Below the pieces are notes generated by a model, which saw only the letters and a program-made list of their open reading frames with translations, had not been told where the DNA came from and did not search any database. Of a stretch of DNA of 24,000 nucleotides, positions 23,874 to 24,000 are shown one piece after another. Each line of letters begins with the position of its first letter. Position 1 is the stretch's first letter. The stretch spans positions 1-24,000 of the forward strand of contig JARVJU010000003.1 of NCBI GenBank assembly GCA_029775965.1, given 5' to 3'. The stretch comes from Nitrososphaeria archaeon (lineage in GTDB: Archaea > Thermoproteota > Nitrososphaeria > Conexivisphaerales > DTJL01). Made by a program: the position numbers and the translations under genes.

Positions 23874-24000
23874 TTGTTCTCACCAATCATAAATGCCATA
23901 ATACTTTTGATTCACCTTTTTGCTGCTGTTATATTTATAGGTGGCTCTTTCTTTATGTGGCTTGTTGTAGTACCAGCTTCTTTTGAAGTCGCTAAGGAAG
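23874..24000 (+). CDS. partial membrane protein (CopD-like N-terminus?), runs off the right edge
   Basis: The frame is open from 23862 and TTG 23874 is the first start. Translation: LFSPIINAIILLIHLFAAVIFIGGSFFMWLVVVPASFEVAKE. The HLFAAVIFIGGS pattern resembles the first helix of CopD-type proteins. Only 42 codons are visible. Confidence 0.35.
   Translation, partial: MFSPIINAIILLIHLFAAVIFIGGSFFMWLVVVPASFEVAKE

Noticed and set aside
1-24000. Looked for CRISPR arrays, rRNA genes, cas or other recognisable defence genes, and long direct repeats
   Set aside because: No regularly spaced repeats and no rRNA-like conserved stretches. No nuclease/ATPase/methylase gene set is present apart from the IS-borne TnpBs. 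The window is mostly housekeeping and transport.

Overview
AT-rich archaeal chromosomal segment. Archaeal hallmarks read directly from the sequence: AglB/STT3 oligosaccharyltransferase (WWDYGYW), an Elp3 radical-SAM/GNAT enzyme, a stand-alone THUMP protein, a tRNA with a canonical 37/38 intron, pilin-like (class III) signal peptides, A/T-rich TATA-like boxes about 25-30 nt before start codons, and several forced TTG/GTG starts. The lineage cannot be fixed from sequence alone; a thermoacidophilic Sulfolobales-like crenarchaeon fits best, by inference only. The window holds 22 intact protein genes, mostly housekeeping and transport. These are a hypothetical gene coupled to the THUMP gene, a PurM/HypE-like ATPase with a membrane partner, elp3, a type-1 copper protein, a secreted NTF2-like protein, a small RHH protein, aglB, an ArsB/NhaD-type permease, a Nudix-alaX pair with a divergent PadR regulator, a five-gene Opp/Dpp-type ABC importer, a His-motif membrane protein, a signal-less BtuF-like binding protein and a partial membrane ORF at the right edge. 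There is one tRNA-Val(CAC) and two insertion-sequence relics. One is a multiply frameshifted IS200/IS605-type tnpB at the left edge. The other is a ~1.9 kb IS607-family element (about 5178-7104) whose TnpB looks catalytically intact while its serine-recombinase tnpA is broken by a (CTTGA)3 pentanucleotide expansion. I found no CRISPR array, rRNA, cas genes or recognisable multi-gene defence system, and no convincing wholly new system. The items most worth a second look are the TnpB element and its candidate omega-RNA region, the insertions in both ABC ATPases, the PKD-bearing pilin-signal binding protein, and a small secreted NTF2-like protein with a poly-Ser-(GY)3G tail.
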